Below, piece after piece: positions 28,409-40,695 of a stretch of DNA of 64,000 nt. Position 1 is the first letter of the stretch. Every line of letters begins with the position of its first letter. Source of the DNA: an uncultured Phycisphaerales bacterium. GTDB taxonomy: Bacteria; Planctomycetota; B15-G4; CAYZWU01. The notes under the pieces are model-generated. The model was given only the letters and a program-made list of their open reading frames with translations. It searched no databases and was not told the DNA's origin. The DNA lies in contig CAYXGI010000002.1 of NCBI GenBank assembly GCA_964464495.1, forward strand, positions 115,927-179,926, read 5' to 3'. Made by a program: the position numbers and the translations under genes.

Positions 28409-29614
28409 GTGACCATGTTCACCAATCAGAGAATCGACGAGTTGATCGCTGTCTACAGGAACGGCCTCCTGGAGGACACCCTCCCCTTCTGGATCGAGCA
28501 CTGCGTCGATCGGGAGCAGGGCGGCTTCATGTTCTGCCTCGACCGGGACGGCACTCTGATCGACACGGACAAGGGGATGTGGCAGCAAGGCCGCTTTACG
28601 TGGATGCTCTCCGCGCTCTACAACACGGTGGGTCCGCGCAAGGAATGGCTCGATCTCGCCGCCCATGGCGTCGCGTTCATGCGGCGCCACGGATTCGACG
28701 ACGATGGCCGCATGTGGTTCCACGTCACCCGCGACGGCCGGCCTGTGCGCAAGCGGCGCTATATCTTCACGGAAGCTTTTGCCGCCGCGGCTTTTGGCGC
28801 TTACGCCAAGGTATCGGGCGATGAACAGGCGCGCGAAGAGGCCGCCGCGCTCTTCGAGCTGATCGTTCGCCATCTCGACACGCCCGGTTTGATCCCGCCG
28901 AAGATCGAGACGGCCACGCGCCCGACCAAGGGGCTCGCCGTTCCCATGATCCTGCTCTCCACCGCGCAGATCCTGCGCGACAACCTCGACGAACCGGCCT
29001 ACATCGTCTGGATCGATCGCGCCATCGACGAGATCGAGAAGGATTTCATGAATCCCGGCCTCGAGGCTGTCCTCGAAACCGTCGGCCCTGACGGGAAGTT
29101 CATCGACCACTTCGACGGCCGCATGCTCAACCCCGGCCACTCGATCGAGGCGGCGTGGTTCATCCTTCACGAGGCGACGCTGCGTCACAACGATGAACGG
29201 CTCATCCGGATCGGAACGACGATCCTCGACTGGATGTGGAAGCGGGGATGGGACGACGAGTACGGCGGCATTCTCTATTTTGTCGACGTCAACGGGCTGC
29301 CCGTGCAGGAATACTGGCATGACATGAAATTCTGGTGGCCCCAGAACGAGGCGATCATCGCCACTCTGCTGGCATGGCGCTTGACGGGCGATGCAAAATA
29401 CGCCGAGTGGCACACCAGGATCCACGACTGGGCCCACGCTCATTTTGCCGATCCCGCCCATGGCGAATGGTACGGCTACCTCCACCGCGACGGCCGCGTC
29501 TCGGTACCGCTCAAGGGCAACCTCTGGAAAGGCCCCTTTCACCTGCCCCGCATGCAGTGGTACTGCTGGCAACTGCTGGAACAGATCAAAAGAGAAAGGA
29601 CCCTGTCGGAATGA
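28409..29614 (+). CDS. N-acylglucosamine 2-epimerase (AGE / renin-binding protein family).
   Basis: 401 aa. The AGE-family N-terminus is ...LPFWIEHCVDREQGGF.... It has the (alpha/alpha)6 pattern. The stop overlaps the GH20 start (ATGA). Confidence 0.8.
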   Translation: MTMFTNQRIDELIAVYRNGLLEDTLPFWIEHCVDREQGGFMFCLDRDGTLIDTDKGMWQQGRFTWMLSALYNTVGPRKEWLDLAAHGVAFMRRHGFDDDGRMWFHVTRDGRPVRKRRYIFTEAFAAAAFGAYAKVSGDEQAREEAAALFELIVRHLDTPGLIPPKIETATRPTKGLAVPMILLSTAQILRDNLDEPAYIVWIDRAIDEIEKDFMNPGLEAVLETVGPDGKFIDHFDGRMLNPGHSIEAAWFILHEATLRHNDERLIRIGTTILDWMWKRGWDDEYGGILYFVDVNGLPVQEYWHDMKFWWPQNEAIIATLLAWRLTGDAKYAEWHTRIHDWAHAHFADPAHGEWYGYLHRDGRVSVPLKGNLWKGPFHLPRMQWYCWQLLEQIKRERTLSE

Positions 29615-31647
29615 AAACTTTCTGCGCCTTGATCCTCGTCATGATTTGGTCGGCCCCCGGCGCGTTGGTCTGCGCCGAAGACGAACACCCAGCGCTCGTT
29701 CCGATGCCGCGCACGGTGGAGTGGAGGGCCGAGGGTTTCAGTCTCTCCCGGACGATCCGCCTGGTCTGTCCGCGCGAAGGCGGAATGGACTTTCTTCAGA
29801 CCGCGGCGCCACTGGCGACGATTCTCAAGGAGTGCGGTGCGACGCAGGTCATAGTCACCTCGGGCGATCCCCGCAATCCTGGCGCGGGAAACATGGGTGT
29901 CTATTTCGCTGACCTGCCGGCCACGGCAAACAATTGCGAGGCCTACAGTCTCGATGTGGCTCCAGATTGTGTGAAACTTTTTGCTCCGACCGCGGCCGGG
30001 CTCGTCCGGGGCGCCCAGACCTTGCGGCAGCTCGTGACAGGCGAAGACGGCAGCCGTGCGCTGGGCGGTTGCTCGATCGTCGACTGGCCCGCCTTTGCCA
30101 TGCGCGGCATCATGTTCGATGTGGGCCGCAACTTCATCTCCCTCCGGCTCATGAGGGATTGGATCGACACGATGGTGCGGTACAAGATGAATGTCTTCCA
30201 CTTTCACCTCACCGAGCACATCGGGTGGCGGCTCGAGATCAAGTCCCATCCCGAGCTGACCGCGCCCGAGCACCAGATCCGCAACAAGGGCAAGTTCTAC
30301 ACCCAGAGGGAAATCCGCGAATTCGTGGCCTGGTGCGCCCAGCGCCATGTCATGGTGATCCCCGAGATCGACATGCCCGGCCACAGCGACGCCTTCGTGC
30401 GCGCCACGGGCCACAGGATGGAATCGCCCGAGGGCATGGCGATCCTCGACGATGTGCTGCGCGAGGTGTGCGCCCTTTTCGACGCACCCTTCGTCCATCT
30501 CGGCTCGGACGAGGTGAGGATCAAGAATCCCGATTTCATCCCCGCCATGGCCAAGGTGGTGCGCGACCAGGGCAAGGAGGTCGTGCTCTGGCGGCCGGGA
30601 GGTCCGCTCGATGGGCAGGCGATCTACCAGCTCTGGCACAACGGCAAGCACGCGCCCGGCGACCGGATCATCGACTCGCGCGATCTCTACATGAACCACC
30701 TCGACTGGTTCTCGGGCGTGCGGTTCATGTTTCACAAGAAAATCTGCGATGCTGACCAGGGCTCGAACAATCTCCTTGGCGGGATCACCTGCCTCTGGCC
30801 CGACCGCCGCGTGGCGCACGAGCTGGATCAGTTTCGCATGAATCCCGTGGGGCCTCTCATGCTCACCTTCGCGGAACGCGCCTGGTGCGGCGGGGGATTT
30901 CCAGAACTCAAACGTTCCATGGCCGGGCCGGACAGCCCAGCGTTCGGCGCCTTCGTCGATTTCGAGCAGAGGCTCACCAACCGCCGCGATGCAGATTTCA
31001 CGGACAAGCCTTTTGCCTATGTGCGGCAGGCTGACATGGTGTGGCGCGTGATCGGTCCTTTTCTCAACGAGGGCGAGCTCGGGCGCGTCTTTCCTCCTGA
31101 GGCGGAAAGCAAGGACCAATACGAGTACAACGGCAAGACCTACTATCCAACAGAGGCACGAGGTGGAACTCTGCTCTTCGGCGGCTGGTTCGACCATGGG
31201 ATATTCGGCCCCACGAAAAACGCGACCGCCTACGCCGAAACGTGGGTAAAGGCCGAGACCGAGATCGACGCCCACATGTGGATCGGCTTCCGGAGCTGGT
31301 CACGGTCGCACAGGGACGCCACTCCCACGGAGGGCGAGTGGGACCACCGCCAGGGAAGAATCTGGCTGAACGGAAAACCGATCCCGCCGCCCAGTTGGGC
31401 CAAGCCGGACCGCAAGGGTGACAGTGAGGACCCGCTCATCGACGAGGGGTACGCCTACCGCCCCCCCACTCCGGTTCACCTTGAAAAGGGCTGGAACAGG
31501 ATCCTCGTCAAGGCGCCGGTGGGAAAGGACAAGGTCAAGTGGATGTGCACGGCGGTGCTCGTGGCGTGGGACGGCCGGATGGCGCGCGAGCTCGACGGCA
31601 TCACCTGGGCGGTCCGGCCCGAACTCGTTGACGGTGATGGGCAGTAA
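29611..31647 (+). CDS. Beta-N-acetylhexosaminidase, glycoside hydrolase family 20. Signal peptide.
   Basis: MRGIMFDVGRNFISL...MNVFHFHLTEHIGWRLEI...HVMVIPEIDMPGHS are GH20 catalytic-domain signatures. The ORF track starts at 29335, but that N-extension overlaps the AGE gene. The ATG at 29611 begins a signal peptide, MKTFCALILVMIWSAPGALVCA. Confidence 0.85.
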   Translation: MKTFCALILVMIWSAPGALVCAEDEHPALVPMPRTVEWRAEGFSLSRTIRLVCPREGGMDFLQTAAPLATILKECGATQVIVTSGDPRNPGAGNMGVYFADLPATANNCEAYSLDVAPDCVKLFAPTAAGLVRGAQTLRQLVTGEDGSRALGGCSIVDWPAFAMRGIMFDVGRNFISLRLMRDWIDTMVRYKMNVFHFHLTEHIGWRLEIKSHPELTAPEHQIRNKGKFYTQREIREFVAWCAQRHVMVIPEIDMPGHSDAFVRATGHRMESPEGMAILDDVLREVCALFDAPFVHLGSDEVRIKNPDFIPAMAKVVRDQGKEVVLWRPGGPLDGQAIYQLWHNGKHAPGDRIIDSRDLYMNHLDWFSGVRFMFHKKICDADQGSNNLLGGITCLWPDRRVAHELDQFRMNPVGPLMLTFAERAWCGGGFPELKRSMAGPDSPAFGAFVDFEQRLTNRRDADFTDKPFAYVRQADMVWRVIGPFLNEGELGRVFPPEAESKDQYEYNGKTYYPTEARGGTLLFGGWFDHGIFGPTKNATAYAETWVKAETEIDAHMWIGFRSWSRSHRDATPTEGEWDHRQGRIWLNGKPIPPPSWAKPDRKGDSEDPLIDEGYAYRPPTPVHLEKGWNRILVKAPVGKDKVKWMCTAVLVAWDGRMARELDGITWAVRPELVDGDGQ

Positions 31648-31694
31648 CAGACGCGGCACCCGATATCGGATGAAACCCGGAAAAAAAATGGGGA

Positions 31695-32645
31695 TCAATA
31701 AATAACATCCAGGTCTTTTCCAGACACCACATCCCCGTCGTATCCCTGCCTCAATTCGTCGACCAGGTCCTCATCCGAAATCCCCCAGCCGAGCTGGTGG
31801 TACAGAACGAGCAATCCGGGCTTTGCCTCGCTCGCGATCTCGGCCAGCTCCTCCGTGGATGTATGAGAGGCTCTGTGATACTGCTGCCACATGGGCGGGC
31901 GGTGGTCGAAGGCGGCCTTGGAATAGACCTCGTGAATGAGCAGGTCGCAGCCTTTCGCGTTTTCCACCAGCTCCCCGCAGGGGATCGTGTCCCCCGAGAT
32001 AACGATGGTGCGGTCAGGCGTCTCGAAACGAAATCCGAAGGCGTGCTCCCACGCGCCGTGAGTCACGCGAAAAGCTTTCACTCGCAGGTTCTCGTCCTCG
32101 TAGATCAATCCTGGCCCGATCTCGTGGACGTTGACCGTGACACCTGTCGTGGAAGCGCGCTCGGGACCGTTGATCCTCACCTGGATATCTTCGTCGTACG
32201 CCTTCAGTATGTGCTCGGTCATGGATTTCAGACCGGGCGGTCCGAACGCCTCGATCGGCTCCTTCCTATCGAGAACCCATGGCGTGAAGATGAAGTCGGG
32301 ATATCCCGCCGTGTGATCGGAGTGCAGGTGGGTGATGAATATGCGGCAGAGCTTTTCAACTTCGAGGCCCTCGACACCGGCCTCGCTTGCGGCGGCCGCC
32401 CTGCGAACGAGACCGGGTCCGCAATCGATCACGTAGGGTGTTCGGTTCACGACGATCGCAATAGCCGATCCCGAGCGATCGGGTTCCGCGTTCGGCGTTC
32501 CCGTACCGAGCAGCACCACCTGGGTGGCTCCCGGTTCGTCCCCTGTTCTGAAGAATCGGGGCTTTCTGTCTCTCGATCGATCGCTCAGGAGTGCGCACGA
32601 AAGATTCGACACGATCAGGACCAAGGCGATGATGAGGATCTTCAT
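31695..32645 (-). CDS. MBL-fold metallo-hydrolase (RNase Z / ElaC-like subgroup). Signal peptide.
   Basis: VVLLGTGTPNAEPDRSGSAIAIV...HLHSDHTAGYPDF is the HxHxDH MBL motif. The start is placed at the ATG of MKILIIALVLIVSNLSCALL (32645) rather than at the ORF-track upstream extension. Confidence 0.75.
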   Translation of the reverse strand: MKILIIALVLIVSNLSCALLSDRSRDRKPRFFRTGDEPGATQVVLLGTGTPNAEPDRSGSAIAIVVNRTPYVIDCGPGLVRRAAAASEAGVEGLEVEKLCRIFITHLHSDHTAGYPDFIFTPWVLDRKEPIEAFGPPGLKSMTEHILKAYDEDIQVRINGPERASTTGVTVNVHEIGPGLIYEDENLRVKAFRVTHGAWEHAFGFRFETPDRTIVISGDTIPCGELVENAKGCDLLIHEVYSKAAFDHRPPMWQQYHRASHTSTEELAEIASEAKPGLLVLYHQLGWGISDEDLVDELRQGYDGDVVSGKDLDVIY

Positions 32646-32836
32646 ATAAAAATTCGCTCCGACTCGTCTACCCTCTGGCGCTCTTCCTGTTCGCGAACAT
32701 ATCGGCGTACCCGACTCTCGTCCAGACAATGCCCCCCTCGTCCTCATCAACTCCCGGTGGATCCTAATTAGCATAATTCAGCCATCAAGGACAGACAGAG
32801 TGGGAAGAGATAGACAAGGCCCCCTCAAGGGATAAG

Positions 32837-34384
32837 ATGGTGATCTGGCCGCCATGCATGGGCTGGAACAGTCTGTCCCTGGCGAGTGCGCGTTGTTTTT
32901 CCATTTTGAGAGAATCGGAAGTGAAAGATCACGAATCCCTTCGATCCCGCGTGAGCCGCCGGGATTTTCTTCGAACCTCGACAGGCGCAGCGGCCGCAGC
33001 CGCTTTCGGCGGATCGTGTGCGAGTGCCCACACTGCGCCAAGGAAACGCAAAGGAACAAAAAACCGCTCCAAACCGAACATCATCTACGTCATGCTCGAC
33101 GAGCTCGGCCCGTTCGAACTCTCCTGCCTCGGTCACGACAAGCTCGAGACACCCCACATCGACCGCATGGCGGCCGAGGGCATGCTGTTCGATCAGTGCT
33201 ATGGAGGCGCGCCCGTGTGTGCGCCCACCCGGTCGTGCCTGCTGCAAGGCCTCCACGGCGGGCACACGTCGGTGCGCGGCAACCTCGGCGGCATTTCGCT
33301 GCGGACCGGCGATGCAACCATCGCGTCTGTACTGAAAAATGCCGGCTACGCCACGGGCGGATTCGGCAAGTGGGGTGTGGGCGCCGTGGGTACGGAGGGC
33401 GTTCCGGAGCAGCACGGTTTCGACACGTTTTTCGGCTACTACCATCAGATCCACGCCCACGACTATCACCCCGAATATCTCTGGCGCAACAGCGTCAAGG
33501 TTCCACTGCCGGGTAATGAGGATGGAAAAACAGAACAGTTCACTCAGTCAGTGATCTTCGAGGAAGCGATCCGCTTCATCCGCCGGAATCGGGAGCGCCC
33601 CTTTTTCGCCTACCTGCCCTGGACCGTGCCCCATGGCCGCCACTCGCACTTTCCCGAGAATGACCCGGCCTGGGACAGGTTCAAGGACAAGGACTGGCCG
33701 CACGCGGCCAAGGTCTACGCCGCCATGGTGAGCATGGCCGACCGACAGATCGGCGAGATATTGGCGCTGCTGAAAAAGTGCGGCATCGACGACAACACGA
33801 TCGTGTTCGTCACGGGCGACAATGGCGGCCAAGACTACGTGAAGAACTTTTTTCAACCGAACAGGCATCTGCGGGGTTTCAAGCGCGACGTCTACGAGGG
33901 CGGCCTGCGCGTCCCGTCGGTGGTGCGCTGGCCGGGCGCTGTTCCCGCCGGCACACGGAGCGATCTCGTCTGGTACTTCCCCGACGTGATGCCCACCCTG
34001 TCCGAGATCGCCGGCGCCAACGAGCACCTGCCCGAGCGCGTCGACGGGATCTCGATCGCACCCACCTTGACGGGCCGGACCGATCAGCAGAGGAAGCGCA
34101 ATTTTCTCTACTGGGAATACCGCAAGGTGGCCGACTGGGGAAAGCATACCTACGAGAAAGACCTCGCTCAAGCGGTGCGCAAGGGCGACTTCAAGGCGGT
34201 GCGAATCCGGAACGAGAGCGGGTTCGAGCTGTACAACCTTGCTGACGATCCCGGTGAGAAAATCAACATCGCCTCTGACCGTCCAGAAACCGTTGCCGCA
34301 CTCGCGGCGATCGCGAAAAGGGAACACGAAGAGCCACCGCCCCAGGACGAGCCCAAGGCGCCGGGCGGCAAGCGTTTCATCTGA
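32837..34384 (+). CDS. Cys-type sulfatase (formylglycine-dependent, arylsulfatase/GalNAc-sulfatase-like). Tat signal.
   Basis: SRRDFLRTSTGAAAAAAF is a Tat signal. NIIYVMLDELG...CAPTRSCLLQGLHGGH is the CxPxR FGly motif. AAGGGA lies 5 nt upstream of ATG 32837. An alternative start is GTG 32921. Confidence 0.85.
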   Translation: MVIWPPCMGWNSLSLASARCFSILRESEVKDHESLRSRVSRRDFLRTSTGAAAAAAFGGSCASAHTAPRKRKGTKNRSKPNIIYVMLDELGPFELSCLGHDKLETPHIDRMAAEGMLFDQCYGGAPVCAPTRSCLLQGLHGGHTSVRGNLGGISLRTGDATIASVLKNAGYATGGFGKWGVGAVGTEGVPEQHGFDTFFGYYHQIHAHDYHPEYLWRNSVKVPLPGNEDGKTEQFTQSVIFEEAIRFIRRNRERPFFAYLPWTVPHGRHSHFPENDPAWDRFKDKDWPHAAKVYAAMVSMADRQIGEILALLKKCGIDDNTIVFVTGDNGGQDYVKNFFQPNRHLRGFKRDVYEGGLRVPSVVRWPGAVPAGTRSDLVWYFPDVMPTLSEIAGANEHLPERVDGISIAPTLTGRTDQQRKRNFLYWEYRKVADWGKHTYEKDLAQAVRKGDFKAVRIRNESGFELYNLADDPGEKINIASDRPETVAALAAIAKREHEEPPPQDEPKAPGGKRFI

Positions 34385-38272
<3,888 letters not shown>

Positions 38273-38380
38273 GGCATCCATCGCGCGGCGCCTTTTCCAG
38301 ATTGCGTGAACCGGTTCCGGTCACTACGGAGTCTTCCTTTAATAAAGACCCCTGCGTATCTTTGTGAAAAGGAATCGACG

Positions 38381-40648
38381 ATGGTGGTGAAAATCGAAAT
38401 CCTCCTCTCCCACGAAGACTTCGTGCGCGCACTGTCGCGGCGCCTCGTGATTGACGAACACGTCGTCGACGACGTGCTCCAGGAGACATGGCTCGCCGCG
38501 CTCGAACGGCCGCCGCATGCAGCGGGCGCGCTGCGCGCCTGGCTCGGCACTGTGGCGCGCAACTTCATCTTCTCCATGCGGCGCGACGACCGGCGGCGCG
38601 TCCTGCGCGAACGCACGGTGCACAAGCAGGACGGTGCTCCCAGCCCGGCGGAGATCGTGGAGCGCGAAGCGGCGCGGCGCTGCCTGGTGGAGTCGGTCCT
38701 CGACCTTGACGCGATCTACCGCGATCCGATCCTTCTGCGCTACTACGAGGATCGTCCACCAAGAGAGATCGCCAAACGGCTCAACCTTCCCGTGGAAACA
38801 GTAAGGACGCGCATCAAGCGCGGTCTCGCCCAGCTCCGCAAGAACCTCGACGCTGTTTACGGCGGCGACGGCCATTCGTGGTGCATCGCGCTCCTGCTCG
38901 TTTCAGGTCTCGAGAAGAAGTTTCTCGCGCCCGGGCTCTGGGCAGCGGTTGTCGAAAAGATTCCGAGCATTTTCGTGATGAACGCCAGCCGTGTGGCGGC
39001 GGTGAGCGCGGCGGGGCTCCTGGCGGCCACGGCGATCTTCGTGACACTGTTCATCGACGAGACCGAGACGCAGCCCACGTTGATCGCTGCCGCGCACCAG
39101 AGCGCCGCTCCCACTGCTGATGTGTTCACTGTGAAAGAGAACGCCTCGCCGGCCACGAAAGAAATCGAACCGGCCAGAGGAGAAACGCACACTCCTCGTT
39201 CCGAGGGTTATGAAATTGCAAGACCTGATGCGCCGACAGAACCACGGTCTGCGCCCGCGAGTTCGCTTGGCGAGAGACGTTCGCGCCGCGTTAACGCCAC
39301 CCACTTCGGGCAGGAAACAGCGGTGCCGCACAACATGGTCCGGATTCCTGCGGGTGAGACCTGGCTCGGCATGGACGAGAAACAGGTCAAATCTTTTGGA
39401 GCGGGACAATCCTCAACACTCGCCCTTCTTTCCGGTTCGATCCCACGGCACGCGGTTGAGGTCGACGCCTTCTATTGCGATCGTTTCGAGGTCACCAACG
39501 CCCAGTGGGCTCACTTCCTCGAGGCGACTGGTCGGAAGCCGTCGCAGCTTCTCGTGGAGTTGTCCTGGAGAGGCAAAACAACCTGCCCCGACAAGGAAGC
39601 GCGATTACCCGTGAGGAACGTCGATCTCAACGATGCCAGGGCTTTCGCTCGATGGTGCGGCAAGAGACTTCCCACCGAGGCGGAATGGATGCGAGCGGCG
39701 TCGGCCGACAAGGGCGCTCTCTACTCGTGGGGAAACGAATACGATCCAGGAAATTGTTCCACCAGGGAGACGCACACACGGCGTGAAAAACTGATGCCAG
39801 TTGGCTCCCACCCCGGCGGCGTTTCGCCCTTCGGTGTCCACGATATGACGGGCAGCGTGTGGGAGTGGACCGAGACGGCCTTCGAAGCCTATCAAGGATA
39901 CGAGCCGCTCGTGCACTCGGTGGGGAGACGGAAAGAAGTCCTCATTCCCGGTTTCGACGCAAGGCAATTCGTGGTCAAGGGAGGGGTCTACAACGGAAAC
40001 GACCTCGTCAACCTTCTTGCCATCAGGCAGCCGTGCCTCGCCATAACGAACCTCGACTCCCTCGGTTTTCGCTGTGTCAAGGATGTTGAACCGGGATCGA
40101 CGCTGTTCAAGCATGTCAGAAACGATCTCACCGGATCGATCTACGCGGGCATCGACCTCGCTCAAGAGAGAATTTTCGTAGCCGAGGCGGTCGAGGAGGC
40201 CACGCACGAACAGCACCTGACTCCTGAGTTCGACTACTTGCTGATCGCTCCCATGCGGTCGATCCCCGCCACCGAGAAAAAGATCAGAAACCAGAGTCCC
40301 CAGTCTCCCCAGGTGATCGGGGTCCTGTCCACGAGCCGGCCTCTCGACGATCCCAGCCTGCCGCCGGGTACATACATCCTCGCCTATCGCCACAACGGCC
40401 AGTCGCCGGACACCAAAACAAAAGATGTGGACTACCCCAGGAACAGATCTCTCATCCTCTTCATGAGTCCGAAGGGGGTCGTTGTCGGCCACGTCGATGG
40501 AAGAATCAGTAGTAAAAAACTGCGCCACAACAATGTCGAGGCCAGAATCGGATCACGAATCTCCATTCAACTGTTGACCGAGATCGTACCGCCTTACTCG
40601 GCTCGATTCGAGTTCGGGGTTCGGATCAAGGCCAACCCATTCCGTTGA
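38381..40648 (+). CDS. ECF sigma factor fused to a transmembrane segment and a C-terminal FGE-sulfatase (SUMF1-type) domain lacking the catalytic Cys pair.
   Basis: The N-terminus has sigma-70 region 2 (VVDDVLQETWLAALE) and region 4 (PPREIAKRLNLPVETVRTRIKRGLAQLR). A hydrophobic helix (AAVSAAGLLAATAIFVTLFI) follows. The FGE domain has ...MVRIPAGETWLGMD...DRFEVTNAQWAHFL...RLPTEAEWMRAA...GSVWEWT..., with no CHxSYC-like active-site motif. AAGGAA lies 7 nt upstream of ATG 38381. Confidence 0.8.
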   Translation: MVVKIEILLSHEDFVRALSRRLVIDEHVVDDVLQETWLAALERPPHAAGALRAWLGTVARNFIFSMRRDDRRRVLRERTVHKQDGAPSPAEIVEREAARRCLVESVLDLDAIYRDPILLRYYEDRPPREIAKRLNLPVETVRTRIKRGLAQLRKNLDAVYGGDGHSWCIALLLVSGLEKKFLAPGLWAAVVEKIPSIFVMNASRVAAVSAAGLLAATAIFVTLFIDETETQPTLIAAAHQSAAPTADVFTVKENASPATKEIEPARGETHTPRSEGYEIARPDAPTEPRSAPASSLGERRSRRVNATHFGQETAVPHNMVRIPAGETWLGMDEKQVKSFGAGQSSTLALLSGSIPRHAVEVDAFYCDRFEVTNAQWAHFLEATGRKPSQLLVELSWRGKTTCPDKEARLPVRNVDLNDARAFARWCGKRLPTEAEWMRAASADKGALYSWGNEYDPGNCSTRETHTRREKLMPVGSHPGGVSPFGVHDMTGSVWEWTETAFEAYQGYEPLVHSVGRRKEVLIPGFDARQFVVKGGVYNGNDLVNLLAIRQPCLAITNLDSLGFRCVKDVEPGSTLFKHVRNDLTGSIYAGIDLAQERIFVAEAVEEATHEQHLTPEFDYLLIAPMRSIPATEKKIRNQSPQSPQVIGVLSTSRPLDDPSLPPGTYILAYRHNGQSPDTKTKDVDYPRNRSLILFMSPKGVVVGHVDGRISSKKLRHNNVEARIGSRISIQLLTEIVPPYSARFEFGVRIKANPFR

Positions 40649-40664
40649 AAATAAAGACTTACGA

Positions 40665-40681
40665 CCAAAATGCAATTTTGG
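40665..40681. terminator. Possible bidirectional terminator hairpin between a convergent gene pair (ECF-FGE gene and PhoD-like gene).
   Basis: CCAAAAT-gca-ATTTTGG, a perfect 7-bp stem with a 3-nt loop, lies in the 47-bp convergent gap. It is flanked by T-rich sequence on the minus-strand side. Confidence 0.35.
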
Positions 40682-40695
40682 TGACCCGCCCAGAT

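Noticed and set aside
29335-29610. Upstream extension of the GH20 ORF by 92 codons overlapping the AGE gene
   Set aside because: The extension is Arg/Pro-rich shadow sequence in another frame of the AGE gene. A signal peptide starts at the ATG at 29611, which overlaps the AGE stop in the usual ATGA coupling arrangement.
31648-31694. Possible terminator between convergent GH20 and MBL genes (CCGATATCGG palindrome, A8 run)
   Set aside because: The palindrome has no loop and only a 4-5 bp stem, and there is no convincing stem plus U-tract. It is left unannotated.
32858-32923. Alternative downstream starts (ATG 32858, GTG 32921) for the Tat sulfatase
   Set aside because: ATG 32837 has AAGGGA 5 nt upstream, and Tat n-regions are often long. 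These alternatives are not excluded, only less supported.
38273-38380. AACCGGTT-containing near-palindrome and GAAC motif upstream of the ECF-FGE gene as an ECF autoregulatory promoter
   Set aside because: I could not find a convincing -35 GAAC / -10 CGT pair with correct spacing on the coding strand. Too speculative.
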